Shown piece after piece: positions 49,701 through 63,948 of a DNA stretch of 64,000 nt. The notes below the pieces were generated by a model. It searched no databases, was not told the origin of the DNA, and saw only the letters and a program-made list of their open reading frames with translations. Where the stretch lies: assembly GCA_013265495.1 (NCBI GenBank), contig MU058687.1:124001-188000 (forward strand). Reading direction: 5' to 3'. Each line of letters opens with the position of its first letter. Within the stretch, counting starts at the first letter, position 1. The position numbers and the translations under genes are program-made. The stretch is from Vicugna vicugna. Its lineage: Eukaryota.

Positions 49701-52700
49701 TAGGTCAATTATACTTCAACAAACTCATAGAAAAAGACATCAGATTTGTGGTAACCAGAGGTGGGGGGAGGGGGAATTGGATGAAGAAAAGTGGTCAATA
49801 GGTGCAAATTTCCAGTCACAAGAGAAATAAGCACTAGGGGTGTCAAGTACAGCATAATTAATATAATTAACACTGCTGTATGTTACATATGAAAGTTGTT
49901 AAAAGGGTAAATCCTAAGAATTCTCATCACAGGAAAATATTTTTTTCTTTTTCTTCTATTTTGTGTCTATATGAGATGATGGATGTTCACTAAACTTATT
50001 GTGGGAATCATTTCATGATTATATAAGTCAAATCATTATACTGTACACCTTAAACGTATTCAATGCTGTATATTAATTATATCTGGAAAAAATAGATAAT
50101 ACATACACAAAATACTTTTTTAAAAAGCATATAGTAGTTTAGAGAGGAAACTGCATTGTAAAAAAGCATGCATTAAATATAAACCAATATTTTGAATATA
50201 ACATTCTATAAAATTTGAACAGTTGTAATTAGCATTGCAGATAGAATTTTCATAGAGTATGGAGGTGGCTTCTCAATTTCTATGCCCAGTGATGATTTAT
50301 TTGACTATATTACCAGTTGTTTTTTGTGTAGTAATGTATCTTTTGCTTTTGTAGCTGGGTTTTGAACAAAAAGTCTTTCAAGAAACTTGGTGTCTAGGGA
50401 AAACAGACAAAGTGGTAGGGTAATGAAGTATTTAAATTCTTGTTTTAGTGCTTATTAACTTCTTAGTATTCTAATTACATTTTAAAATTTCGTTTCTGTT
50501 TGGTTAATGAAAAATCAGTTTTATTTAATAAAAAATTATGAAGTAGGCTCAGTATTAGATTTGATTCCCTTGAATCAGATTTTAGAACTGACTTTATTTA
50601 TTTATAATAACAAGTGGTTGGTTTTTTTGGTTTGGTTTGTAGGTTCTATTTCTAGATTACATTATGGCCGTAAATCTTCGACTTTCAGATTATTTGAAGA
50701 CATCATGCTCATTCTCACACTGATTAACCCCAGATTTATTGAGAATCTACTGGATGTCAGTCTCCCCTCTCCTAACCTACAAATGTATGGCACAAAAATA
50801 AGTAATGAGTGGATGTGTATTAGATTTCTTTCAACTGATTATATATTTTTTATTATTGACGTGTTTCGATTTGATTATTTAAAATAAGCTTCTTTTGTAT
50901 CTTGTATTACACTACGTTATAGAAAACATAGGAAAGCAAAGATAACGGTTCCTGAGCTATAGGAGTTTCTTAATTTGTTGGAGATATAGAGCTAACTCTA
51001 AGTATTGATATATTACAGAATATTATTAGGCAGCATATACTGGTAATTAAAATTTGTATTGTGTACTTAGTGCTGAAATTAAACTCTAAGGTAGAATTTA
51101 GTAGTAAATTATAGAGCAAATAGATTTGACTTCAGCTCTGTTATAAAGAGACTATCTTCCAAAATTCTTGGTATTTGGGGGTTCTAGCTCAGACTAAACT
51201 GTAGATAGGAAAAGGAAGATGAGATGACAAAGAAAAGAGCTGATCTTACAGGTCTGAATCTGATACTTAGGAAAAGGTTATTTAGGGACAATGAATTCTT
51301 CCCAGGAAAATGTTTTTGTTGTTGTTTTTTATTTTTGTTTGTTAATTGATAGGCTCTTAAAGGATTTTAAAAATTACAGAAATTAAAAATTACTTTCTTT
51401 CCCCCTCTTTTCCATTTGGTTGAGATCTAATATTGAATTATCCTAATCAGCCACATATAAGCCTAGTTATCAGGTTCAGTAAGTAAATATTGTCAATAAG
51501 TGAATTGTAAAGAATGTACAGAATGATTAAATGTTGACAATTGTTTTGAAATAAACATTGAAAAGCCTTGGGAACTTCTGGCCTTTTTTCATTCCACATT
51601 AAAATCCAAGATCATTAGGGGAGTGGGTATAGCTCAGTGGTGGAGTGCATGCTTAGCATGCATGAGGTCCTGTGTTCAATCCCCAGTACCTCCATTAAAA
51701 TAAACAAACAAACAAACAAACAAACAAGCAAACAAACCGAATTACCTCCCCCTACCAAAAAAAAAATCCGGGGTCATTTTCTTCCAAATTAATTTTTATC
51801 ATAGGAAGAGAAAACCAGTCAGAAGCCATCCGAAGCCAGAGAGATAAAGCTGTACGCCCAGATTCCCCCTATAGAGAAGATGGATGCGTCCTTGTCCACA
51901 CTTTCTAATTGCGAGTAAGTTCTTTTGTCTTTTTTTCATCCTTCTAATATTGCTGTTAAGTTTCCCTTCTGTTTCTAAATACACAAGCCAGAAAAACATA
52001 TTTTTCTGTGATCTTCATTTCTTTTTCTTTCTTCCTTTCTTTCTTTTTTTTTTTCTTGCTTAATATGATTCTCTCTTTGGCAAGGGCAAACATAAAGGAC
52101 TGTTGGTTTATAGTATTATTAATAAAGTAATTCTGAACAATACAGTATTTTTTACATACAATTTTTATGATATGCCTGGAAAATAGAAATTCCCTGTCTC
52201 TTGGGAGAAGCTAAATAACACAATAAAACTATTACTCTGTCATAAAATCTAGTACTTTCTCTTATAAAATTAGACACCAAAAAAAAAAAGTTAAGGAAAG
52301 AACAACAAAGTAAATCCAAAGAAAATAAAAGGAGATAATAAAGATAAAATGTGACATAAATGAAGTAAAAGACATATACAAAAAAAGAAAATTATCCACC
52401 AAAGTCAGTACTATACTTACTTAGAGGCACAAGAAACACTGCTTTAAAAAAACTTTTCAAATTATGTAAATACATTGTAAAACATCTAGAAAATATTAAA
52501 AGCACAAAGAAAAGGAAATAATATCAACCAAAATTACACCAATTTTTCTTGCATTCTTTTTTATTGGAAGTATAGTCAGTTTACAATGTTGAAATTATGC
52601 CACCTTTTGAGAACCAGTGTTAGTAGAGTCTTCTAATTTTTTTTGTAATTGGGATCACATTATACCTATTTGGTAATCCTATTTTCCCATGACTTTAAGT

Positions 52701-55700
52701 ATCAGATCTGTATTAATTCTTTTTAACTTATTTCTTAATACTCCACATACTTTTTAGCAGGTTCTGTGGCTAATATGAGGTAGTTTTACCATGACACCTT
52801 GTAATCATGCTCTTGTCAGGGCTGTAGAATATTATAGAATCACTTGGGGTTCTCCCTGATTTCTTCATCCTATGTTCTTCTAAGTGTGGTCCCCTGACTT
52901 CCTACAGAATCTCCTTGGGCGGAGATAAGCCCCACTCCAAATTTATAGAAATAGAATCTACTGATGAAACGAGGTATCTGTATTTATAATAAGCAACTTG
53001 AATGATTCGTAGACACGTATTTGTGAACCCATACATTAGGTTAATATCTGTCTTTCAAATTAAAAGGAAAAGCAAACATATTTAGTTGTTGCATGCAACT
53101 TGTCCTTTGTGATCAGAACATAATGTATTATATAAAAATCCACCTTAGATTTTTTTTTGGCTTCAAAATCATGATTTCAAAGAGCATTATTTCAAAGTGG
53201 TCAAATATGTTTTTATCATAAAGCCATATCAAAGGCAAGCATTTGAGAAGGTTTTGTGCTCCATACCAGAGTACCTTGGAAACTGCTTAGAAAAAGTCAA
53301 GGTGTTCACATTATTGCTGACAGATCTTTGGGCAGGTTGGCTAAAAAACAATTAGAGAATTATTCCCCAACCATATTCTCATGTTTTCCACTCTTGTTTT
53401 TCACTTTCACTGGTAGTTTTTGGGAGTGGGGATTGACTTGAAAATACAGAAATTTGACCAATAATTTACACTGTACAGTAATCGCTTTTCCTGTTCTAAG
53501 CAGAAAGAATGAATAATTCCTCTTCAGGTAAAATCAGAAAGGATAAGATCACATGTTCTAGAGTCAGTTTTGGGTTTTAAATTTGGCTGTGTAACTTCCT
53601 GTCTGTGTAACAGGCTAATTGCTTAACATCCTTGTGCCTCTGTTTCCTCATTTGTAAAATATAGATAATAATAGTTATTTCATAGGATTGTTGTGATGGT
53701 TAAAATAGTTAATACATGTAAAGTACTTAGAAGAGTACTAGGCATACATTAAGTGTTCAATAAAATTAGCTTTTATTATGTTCTTTCCATGAAATATTAC
53801 TAAGATATTAAACATTTTTGTCAAGAAAGGAAGACTAAGAATGTGTAATTATGCTCCCTTTAAACTTTTGTTTTTATACAATTAAAATATGTATAGAATG
53901 AATCTAGACAAATATATACAAACTATTAAAAGTAGTTATCTCTGGGGAAATGCATGGGGTGCTTAGGATTACATATAGTTTTTATAATATACATATGATG
54001 AACATGTTTCCAAGTTGGTATCTATAGCCCAATCTTGTTTGTTTTAGTGGCAGAATAGTATTTCATTATCTGTATTCCTCAGTTGATGAGTGTTTATAGA
54101 TTTTTCCCAGTTTTTTGCTATTACAATAATATAATAAATAATCTAATTTATATATCTTTTGGCATTTGTATTAGTATTTCAATAGGATATATTCCTAGAA
54201 ATGAATTATTGGGTCAAAGAATACATGCATTAAAAAATTTGGTGACACCAAATTGCCCTCAAAAAGGTTTTTTGAATTTTATACAATGAGTGTGTATTAA
54301 CTTTGTAATCAGGAAAAATGTATGAGGATTTCTAAGTGAAGGAGTACATGCCGTGTCTGAGAGGAAAAAAGGATTCAGTGTAAAAAGGAAATGTGACTTA
54401 ATGTCATCTTCTGTAGGCACTAGAAGAATAATTTCTGATATACCATTAACTTTTTTTCATATTAATTCAAGTTTTCCTTTCTTTTTTTTTTTTAGGAAGC
54501 TTTCACTGTCTACCAACTGCATTGAAAAAATTGCAAATCTGAATGGCCTAAGTAAGTGATCCACAGTAACAGATGGTTCTTGGATTTTTTAGTTATTTGG
54601 AACAAACATTCCAGAGGCACTACATAATCTTAGAAGCTTGCACCTGTTTTAACCACAATAATTGTCAGATGACAGACTATATAAACCATGTGTCTTAAGT
54701 TTGATTACCCAAAGAAATTTGAGATAACATGAAACCTGAACATTTAAGACATTTTGAAGGTTTTATAGAGTTAGAACTGAACTATCTTGAAGAGAAAAAT
54801 CAGATTTTTTAATTGTACTTTTTGTTCAGGTTTACCTTGTGTTTCATACTTGTTATATTTATATATTGTAATAATAATATATTGTTATATTTTAAAGTTT
54901 ATTACTCACCATCCCTATTTTTCCTATGCCGGTGCTCCTTATGACGTGGACACCTTCCCAGTTGCCAAGGCTCCTTGTGCTAGTTGCCTATAGCTACGGA
55001 AACTTGGTGGCTTAAATACAGAAATTTATTCCCTCACAGTTCTAGATGCCAGAAGTCTGAAATCAGTTTCACTGGGCCAAAATCAAGGTCTTGAAAGAGC
55101 CATACTTTCTCTGGAGGCTTTAGGGAAAAATCTCTTCCTTGTCTTTTTTAGATTCTGATGGCTGCCACATTCCTTGGCTTGTCACTATATCGCTTGAATA
55201 TAACGGTCAATTTGCCCTCTCCTCTTTTGTCTCTGCCTTATCTTTCTTTCTCACCCTCTTAATGAGGATGCATGTTATTGCATTTGGAGAACACCTGGAT
55301 AATCAAGGATATTCTCCGAGTCTTAAGATCCCTTACTTAATCATGTCTGCAAAGTACTTTTTTCCCACATTTGGTAACATTTACTAAGTTCCAGGGATTA
55401 GGATGTAGGTGTCTTCTGGTGAATCATTATTTACCTATCTTATTTCCACTTTACTTCCCTCAAGCCCTGCATCCAAGTTCATCACTAAGTTCTGCTGACT
55501 CTACTCTGAAAGAGCCTTCAAATAAGTTTTTGTTTTTCCATTTCCAGGAGCTGCAGCTTTAATTTAGACCCTCATCATCTCCCCTTTAGGTCGTGTTTTC
55601 AAACATTTTTAAACACTTCCCACAGTAAGAAATACATTTGAATTAGTGATTCAGTACATCTATTCATATGAATATACGTATCAAATATATGTATACTCAT

Positions 55701-58700
55701 ATGAACTGGATTAAAATTTATAAAAAAAATAATTACCTTTATAGCATCGGTTCCTAATAAAATTTTTAGTGTGATTTCATGTTTTTAAAATGCTTGTCCC
55801 AACCCACTAAATTGATTTTACATGACCCACAGTTTGAAAAAACACTCATGACTTTTGTTGATAACCTCCCAATTTATCTCCTTGTTGCCTATCTTTCTGT
55901 TCTTCAGTTGAACCAGAGTTTTCTTTTTAAAAATATTGTTCTTATTATTATTCCTCCATATCAGGGACTTTTAATGACTCTCCTTTGCCTAGGAAAGACC
56001 AGATGCCTTAAGGTTGCATTCAGAGTCATCTAAAAGCTTATAACACCCTCTTCACATCCAAACACATCATTCTTTTTCATGATGTTGTACACTTGTTAAT
56101 GCAATGGTTTTCACTGAGAACAGCCCCTTCTTCTAACAGGAGAACCCTACAAGAAATAAAATTAAGATCGAGAATGCGGAGTTTAAATGTTATTTAGAGG
56201 GAGACCTCTAAAGACTTCTCTAATCTCCACCATCATGATTACTTCTTCTTTGGGAGGATTTACAGTCTACCTTGGATTATAATAATAATTACCTCTTCAT
56301 ATAGTTATTGTGAAGATTAAGTGAGTTAGTGTGTATAAAGTGCTTAGAATAGTGCCTGGTGCATATAAATGCTCAAGAAATATTACCTGTTATAGTTAGT
56401 GAGGAATATGTTCTGTCTCTTTAGATAATGAGCTCCTTGAGGGCAAGCATCACATCTTATTAATCTTCTTACTTTCTATTCCAAATCTCTATCTCACCCC
56501 AACCCCGGTACCATACTCAAAGTTGCATTCAGTATTTATATAGAGCTGAAGAAGTGTTTACTATTACAGTTGTTTATAAGATTGTTCAGTCTATTCTAGT
56601 TTTCACTGACTCATTAAACAATTTGAGATGTTTCATTTTGTTCACTGCTTCATTTCAGTTTCTTTGTCTGTAATTGAAATAACTTGCTTAAATGAGACTA
56701 AATTGATAACATGTTATTTATCAGTACAGATAAAATGCTTTTCTTTCATAAAAAACATGACTATCTATAGCCAGAATAGAGCCCAGGGAATTTGGGGTTT
56801 TGTTTTAATATTTGATTTAATTAAAATAAAATTAAAATTTGCTTCTCTGTAAAAAAAAAAACATGACTATGACAATATGAAAATGGATAATCTTCTGATT
56901 ATGTAATGGGTTTTAACCCATTCTCTTTGGTCAATTAGTAGTGACTCTCAAAAAGATCTTATTAAGAAGAGTTCCAAAAATTCAAGGGAAAAGAGTACCT
57001 TGATCAATTATTGATGTCTGATGTAGACATGAAGTGGGAGAAGATAGGCATTTATATAGTATATTTACTATACTTGACTCATCTCATTTTAATCCTGCTT
57101 GTAACAAATGGTATTTCTGCAATGTACAGAGGAAATACACTTTTGTGACTTTGCAGCAAAAAGAAACCAACTCATCCACATAAAACATTGAATATATGAC
57201 TGTAGCTTCCCTCCCACCCCCTTCCTTTCATAAGCACTATAGTCTTACCTACTACACTAGATGAAAGGATCTGAAATAAGTAGGTATTCCTATTTCACAG
57301 GGGTTTTATAAGGTGGAATAACCCTAACAGCAATATGTATTTATTGTACCAAACCTGTATGACATGACTATGTTCAAAACTGTGGCTAAATAGCAGTACA
57401 ATGTGAGTATTAATACTCACATAAAAGATTAGAAAGTAAGTTTTGTTGGTAAAAATTATACTTTTCTCCTTCAGTTTACTAAATACATTAACATATAAAA
57501 CTTTTAAGATGCTGTTTTGATTTTTGTCAGGACCTATGAAGAAACTGTGTTTTCCTTCTAGTGGTGCTCTACTTATGCCACATATAAAACATGGAAAATA
57601 CATAATTGTGTAATATTGGAACGTTTAATCTACTAACTTTGATGTCATAATTTACTTCCTTATACAGCAATAAATAAGATCTTTTTAGTCTTTCATTACC
57701 ATTTTCATGTGCATTTTTTAAGAGTTGTATATATTAAGTTAGATATTATCTTTGAAAGATTTGCATATATCTATTATCTCCAATTTCTGAGGTCATTTCT
57801 CAGTTCTTATCTTAGTTGACCTAAGTATTTTTTTTAACTTTTTTTATTGAGTTATAGTCATTTTACAGTGTTGTGTCAAATCCCAGTCCTAAGTGTATTT
57901 TGACATGGATGATTTCTTTCCTCTTTGAAGCAGTCTCAAGATTTGGTTTCTAGGACACTATACCTTTCTGATTTCCTCCTGCTTTTCTGGCTATTTCTTT
58001 CCAGTCTCGTGTCCTCGCATTTTAAATATTGGCGTATCCCAGGACTCAGCTCCTAGATCTCTTCCCTTTTCTGTCTTTACCTACTCTCTAGATTATCTCA
58101 TCCAGTTCATAGCTTTACCATCTACAAGCCAATATCTCCTAAATTTGTATCTCTAGTCCAGGCAACTCCTCTGAACTCCATTCACACATTCAGTTTTGCT
58201 CAACATTTCCACTGGATGTCTAATAGGCATCTCATGCTTAGCATGTCAAAACTGAGTCCTGATATCCTTCCCCAGCTCTAGATAGGCCAGCTACTTGTGT
58301 GTATCTCAGATAGTGACAACTCCTTCTTCCAGTTGCTCAGGCCAAACTTATTGGTGATTTCTTGACTTCTCTCTCACATCACCCCATATAAGGCCTATTA
58401 TCTTTGTAATTTCATCTCCTATTACTCTTCTTTCATTCTCTCAGCTGGGTTGTGTTTTGTGAATACTTCTACTATGGTCTTGCTTCAGAGCCTTTGCAAT
58501 TGATGGTCCCTCTGCCTGTTCTTCCTCCAGATATCCTCATGGCTATCTGCTTCACTTCCTTTGAGTCTTTATTTAGAAGTCACGTTCTATCTAAAATGTC
58601 AGATGCTCCCACCTCCTGACATTTCATTCCTTTTACCTGCTTTTCTTTCTGCTTTAAACTTGTCACTATCTAATATACTTATTTGTTTTATTATCTGCCA

Positions 58701-60761
58701 AATATTAGCTCCATGACAGCAGGAATTTTTATCTGTATTATTCACTGTTATATTGCAAGTGCTTATAGCTGTGCCTTGCATGTAGTAGATGCTCAATAAT
58801 TGTGTATGGAGTGAATAACTTTTTGAATAAGCTTTTTATTCTGTATGAATTAGGAGAAGATAAAATAGTATTTTTCCATATCAAGAAACTAAATTTAAAG
58901 AATAGTTGATTATGTGATTTTCTTAAATATTTAAATTTTACACATTTATAGTTATATGGGGTGTATTTATTAGGGCTGCCATAACAAATTCCACCGACTG
59001 TGTGGCTTAAAACAACAGAAATTTATTTTCTCACAATTGTGGAGGCTAGAAGTCTGAAATCAAGGTGTAGGCAGGATTGATTACTTCTGAGGCCTCTCTC
59101 CTTGGCTTGTGGATGGCCATCTTTTCCCTTTGTCTTCATATAGTCTTTCCTCTGTTTCTGTCTGTGTACTAAGCTCTTCTTATTAGGGTACCAGTCATAT
59201 TGGACTTTACCTAAAATGATGTCATTTTACCTTAATTATCTCTTTAAAGGCCCTATCTCCAAATAAAGTCACCTTCTGAGGTACTGGGGGTTAGGACTTC
59301 AACATACAAATTTTGTGAGGACAATTCCAGCCATAACATGGGGTCTTGTTTCAATAGTTAAACTATTGAGCTTGAATTAGATCACTTTAAAAATACCTCA
59401 TTCTTAAAGCTAAATGTTTCTCATAAGATAATTTAAAATAATTTATTGAATTAAATAGATTAAACCCAAAGTTTATATAACTATAAATGCCTGATACACA
59501 TTATTTATTGTGTACTCACCATGAATTAGGCACTATGCTCAATATTTTAGACAATTATCTCATTTAATCTTTATATTCTTATAAGATAGATACTATATTT
59601 CCTCATTTTACGTAAGATAAAACTGAGATTCAAAGGGGTTTGGTTGTTTCCGTAGAGAGTTAGGATTGGAACTTAGTTAAATGGATTTGTGTTCTTAACC
59701 ATTGAATTATGGATGTTATAGAAGAGTACCATCCAACAGAATTATCTGCACTATCGCAATACAGTTGCCACTAGCTATATATAGCTATTAAGCTCTTGAA
59801 ATGTGGTTAGTGTGAGTGAGAAACTGAATTTTTAATTGTATTTAATTTTAATTAAATAGCCACATGTGGTTAGTAACTACCATATTGGACAGCATATTTA
59901 TAGAAGTTGTGAATACTAAATGTGGAACTTATGCATAAGTAGTCAGAATAGTTTTTTAGGACAGCAGTGAAGTTTCCTGTGTTTTACTAGAGGTCTTTTA
60001 TTTTAATTTTGAAAAATAATATATTTACATGGTTTTATGCAAATAGTTCAGAAGAGGTTACAGTTAAAAATATCTTTCTCTGACCATAGACTGACTCTCA
60101 GTTCCTTCCAAAAAGCAGCCACTGTTTCTACTTTTCTTTTTTCTCTTCCAGAAATAGCCTATAGATATACAGATAGAAACATCCTTTAAAAAAAATTCAA
60201 ATAGACATTTTCTTAACCAAATAACAATCTAATTATTTTTTAAGTGAAAGTAAAAGATTTAAAAATATTAATTCATTTGATTTCACTTCTAATACTTTGT
60301 AGAGTGAGGTGAGCTATGTGTAAATATGTTTCTGTTTTCTGCTGTAAGTCCTCATACTATAAAAGACTTGAAATATATATGCTCCCAAATTTAAAGTTCA
60401 AATCTTCTTTACTCTTATTTTATCCTTGTAATATTTTTACTAGCAGCAATTTAAAACCATGCATTCCAAATAGCTAACCATTTTAAAATTTAATATTGGC
60501 ATGGTGTACAATTATCATTGTAGTGTTTACCTTAGATGATAGGTCAGTGTTAGTTCCTATTTGATTACCACTTTTTATTCATACAGCCTTTATTATTATA
60601 TAAGGCTATTTATTATTCAAAATTTATTAAACTTTTATAATATTAGATTTACATATTGTATAATATAATTCTAATAAACCAAACATTGCTTTATTTCCTC
60701 TACAGAAAACTTGAGGATATTGTCTTTAGGAAGAAACAACATAAAGAACTTAAATGGACTG
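43497..60761 (+). CDS. DNAL1: Dynein axonemal light chain 1, exons 1-5 (3' part outside window): join(43497..43499,48009..48047,51805..51914,54496..54551,60706..60761)
   Basis: Spliced translation [88 protein letters not shown] matches the known DNAL1 LRR N-terminus; all junctions are GT-AG with consistent phases. Confidence 0.95.
44841..44998. mobile_element. MER104-like TcMar-Tc2 relic
   Basis: ttggcagcatcttttctttcttaatcgtacataaaataa core. Confidence 0.5.
47357..47732. mobile_element. TcMar-Tc2 (Kanga/MER104-like) DNA transposon
   Basis: Inverted ends attgaatctaagat (47365-47378) and atcttagaatcaat (47711-47724). Confidence 0.6.
48009..48047 (+). CDS. DNAL1: DNAL1 exon 2
   Basis: ttttaag|[13 protein letters not shown]|gtgagt, 39 nt. 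Confidence 0.93.
48686..50090 (+). mobile_element. Cluster of L1 3'-end fragments
   Basis: gaaatgcaaatcaaaaccacagtgagatatcacctcacac, atggatgaatggataag and multiple 3' UTR ends. Confidence 0.8.
51617..51762 (+). mobile_element. tRNA-Ala SINE (vic-1-like) with (AAAC)n middle tail
   Basis: gggtatagctcagtggtggagtgcatgcttagcatgcatgaggtcctgtgttcaatccccagtacctcca; TSD aaaatccaagatcatt / aaaatccggggtcatt. Confidence 0.9.
51805..51914 (+). CDS. DNAL1: DNAL1 exon 3
   Basis: atcatag|[36 protein letters not shown]|gtaagt, 110 nt. Confidence 0.95.
54496..54551 (+). CDS. DNAL1: DNAL1 exon 4
   Basis: tttttag|(E)[18 protein letters not shown]|gtaagt, 56 nt. Confidence 0.95.
54975..55440 (-). mobile_element. 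MaLR solo LTR (MLT1-like)
   Basis: ggtggcttaaatacagaaatttattccctcacagttctagatgccagaagtctgaaatc...ttccagggattagga. Confidence 0.75.
57790..58815 (+). mobile_element. L2 LINE fragment
   Basis: ccactggatgtctaataggcatctca, ttccagttgctcaggccaaa, and the L2 3' end gtagtagatgctcaataa. Confidence 0.75.
58963..59338 (-). mobile_element. MaLR solo LTR (MLT1-like)
   Basis: tagggctgccataacaaattccaccgactgtgtggcttaaaacaacagaaatttatt...cagccataaca. Confidence 0.85.
59726..59895. mobile_element. MER3-like hAT-Charlie element
   Basis: gccactagc...cttgaaatgtggttagtg...aatagccacatgtggttagtaactaccatattggacagca. Confidence 0.75.
60706..60761 (+). CDS. DNAL1: DNAL1 exon 5
   Basis: ctctacag|(K)[18 protein letters not shown]|gtaggt, 56 nt. 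Confidence 0.95.
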
Positions 60762-61033
60762 GTAGGTTCTTATTTATTACTTTAGAAAAGCATACGCTCT
60801 TTTTCTTTAGTATATAAATAATACTTGTCTGTTGCTGAAACTTTACAAAACAGAAAAGCAAATATACAAAATACCTATAAACCACTGACAGTTTAAATAC
60901 TGCTAACATTTTGATTGACATCTTTCTTGCTTTTTTTCTATTCTTTGATGGACATGTTGAGAATGAAATCATACTGTACATATTGTTTTGCATCTCTTTT
61001 TTTTACTTAATATGTAAAGATAATCTTCCCATG

Positions 61034-61520
61034 TCATTCATTCATTCACTCAACAAATTGATGCAATATATTTCCTGAATGCCTACTTTAAGCCAGGCAT
61101 TGTTCTAGGCACTGGAAGTACAGAAGAATATAAAATAAAGTCCATGCTCTTATTGAACTTACATTACAGTAGAGGGAGACAGACTAGAAAATAATTATAT
61201 AATACACAAGGTGGTAATGAATGCAATGAAGAAAAATGAGGGATGTAAGAAAACATAAATTGATGGGAAGTCCTCTCTGGAAGTGAGGATGTAGGCTGTA
61301 GAACTGACCAAGGGACAAATGCTCTAGACTTGAGAGGGACAGCAAGTGCAAATATCTTGAAACTGAAGCTGTCTGGTATGCTTGAGTTGCATGAGGGAGA
61401 ATTGTCCTCAGTGAGGTTGGAGAGGGAGCCAAGAACCTGTCCTTATAAGACATGATAAGATTTTAGATTTTTTTCCAAGTGGCTTGCAAATCCATTGGAG
61501 GTTTTTGATCAAAGGATATA
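61034..61520 (-). mobile_element. L2 LINE fragment
   Basis: cattcattcattcactcaacaaa...gccaggcattgttctaggcactgg. Confidence 0.7.
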
Positions 61521-63269
61521 ACTTGAGTTTTTAAAATAATTTTCAACTACACCCTTTTTAATGACAGCATAATATTCTATTTTATTGATGTACTGTAATT
61601 GATTTAAATCAGTTACTTATTATTCATTATTTACTTCCAGTTTGGAGTTATTATAATCAATGCTGTTATGAATCTCCTTTTAGCTATATTATTGCACACA
61701 TCTATGAATAATTCCTTCGATAAATTCCTTAAAATGGAATTGCTGGGTCAAAAGGTATGCATTTCTTTTAAGGCTTTTGTGACATATTATCAAGATATCC
61801 TTTGGAAAGTTTGTAAGTTTATACTCCCACCAGTAATCTGTGAGGGTTCCCGTTTCCACTTCAACCTTGGGCATTTTTCAAGTTTTTGACAGTGTGTTTT
61901 ATTTGTATATTTATTGGCCATTTGAATTTCCTTGCAAAGAAGTTCAGGTAAAACAATATTGTGAAAGTAAGCAATTTCAGAAAAGATGAAGCTGATTTCT
62001 TTTTCTTGTATATGTTCCCCAAAAGACAACTTTTTAAAAAGTGCTTATTGTTAAATACTTCATAAAAATTCTGGAATATTTTGTGACTTTGGCTTCCTCC
62101 ACACCCTCCCCCAATAAGTCTAGCTTGTGCTTCATAAGGGTCAAAGAGTTTGAAACTTCAATGTTCCCCAACAGTAATCTCCCAAGACCAGACAGGCTAA
62201 AATGGCCATCCACCCCATTTACAGAAACAGCCAAAATGCCTGAACAGTAGTCAGTGCTCAGAGGTACAATTATGGAATTATCTTGAATTATCTGAATAAT
62301 ATTCCCACATCTGCATGTCTACTTACTCAGGTAAAGTGTTACTAATAAATTTATAAAATGCTTGGAAATTCTTAGAGATTACATCCTGGAGTTAAATAAA
62401 GGAAGTTTTCTCCCCAAAAACCATAACCAGTAGATGAATTGTTTGCTTTCTAGCTAGATATGATGAGTAAAATCCTAATTATCTGTAAAAAAAATTTTTT
62501 TATGTTCTAAATGATTGGATTAAAGACATTTTGCCTTCTCTTCATTCTCTGAGCCTTAGATGATAAAAAGTGTCAAATACAGGAACATTATTCATGATGG
62601 ATAAAATATTAAATTGTAGTATAAAAATTCAGAATTTATTATACTTCAAGCTAAACATTACTTTGAGTTATCTGTAAAGGAAGAATTTGCAAATAAACGT
62701 ACCCTGGAAGTTTTAGAACCAAAACTAGATGCTTGTTGTTTTCCCAGGTATTTACAGAACACCAGGTTCTCAAATATTAATATGGTATATAATTTTTCCC
62801 ATGAAATGTAATATATACATAAAAACCACATAGAAATTATAAATACAGGATTAAAGGCATTCATGAAGATATTATTTAGCTGAACCATCACTTGCTTAGA
62901 TCTCTTTACTTTCTATAGACTCCTATCAATAACACTCAGCAGTTGGTTTTTTTTCCAGGATGTGTGTGTATATATATATATTATACATATACCAAAAACA
63001 ACATTTTATCAGTCCAAAAGCTTTACTACTTATGCATAGACTAAAGAAAAGTAAATCTGCATAGGGATACAGATGCTAGACTTTGAATAGGTTCACATAC
63101 AAACTGATTTCTTCATCTGGACTCATCAGCCTCATAGCATGATTTAAATAGCTGCCTATGTAAGTTACAAATGACTACTCAAATATGTGAAACATGGAAT
63201 GTTAAATTGAAGGAAAGGAATTTATTTGAAATGCCTTAGGAAAACTGACTATTAAGGTACATTATAAGC

Positions 63270-63735
63270 CCATTTATATATATGATCTGGCCAGCCTCTG
63301 CTTTTTTTTCAGATCTCATTTCATATTACTCATCTTTCTAGTTAGTAATCTGTAGCCACTTGCCTTCTTTCTCTTTGTTGAACATACCAAGTTGATTCCC
63401 CCCTGAGGACCTTTGTACTTGCTATTTCCCCTGCCTTAAAAACTCTGCAACCCTGGATTTCCATATTACTCATTCCTTCTTAATTTTCATACTTCAGCTC
63501 AGATGTCACCTCCTCAAAAGAGACCCAGCTACCCTGTCCCTAAAGCACTCCTCTAGGCAATAACTCTTACCACCTATAATTTCTTTCCATCTTTCTTATT
63601 TGTTTGTTCTCTTTCCCTCTCTCTATCAGAGACACACACACAAGTCCTGATAAGCATGTCAGTTTTGTTCATCAGCATCTACATTAGTGCTTGATACGTG
63701 TAGCAAGCATTCTATAAATATTTGTTGAGTTATTC
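63270..63735 (+). mobile_element. L2 LINE 3' fragment
   Basis: tgatctggcc...ctgaggacctttgtacttgct...cagctcagatgtcacctcctc...ataaatatttgttga. Confidence 0.7.
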
Positions 63736-63948
63736 AACATATTTTATTATTAATTACAATAACTATTAGGTTAAATATTTAATTCTAAGAGTAATATGTG
63801 TTAATTATAAAAATAAGCAGTTCATAAATATGTGGAATGTACTGTGAAAATCTTTACTCTCCCCACCTGCCTCCCCAACTCCATGAGGTAACAGAAATAT
63901 TTGTATACTTTAAATTTTTTTCTGTGCACATACAAATAAGCAGTTATC

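Noticed and set aside
50507..50887. 126-aa ORF in DNAL1 intron 2
   Set aside because: AT-rich hydrophobic translation with no recognisable family and no convincing donor site.
51617..51694. tRNA-Ala(AGC)-like sequences (also at 1103, 20666, 27358, 30072)
   Set aside because: They have A-rich tails, TSDs, 5' extensions and stem-breaking substitutions, so they are SINEs rather than tRNA genes.
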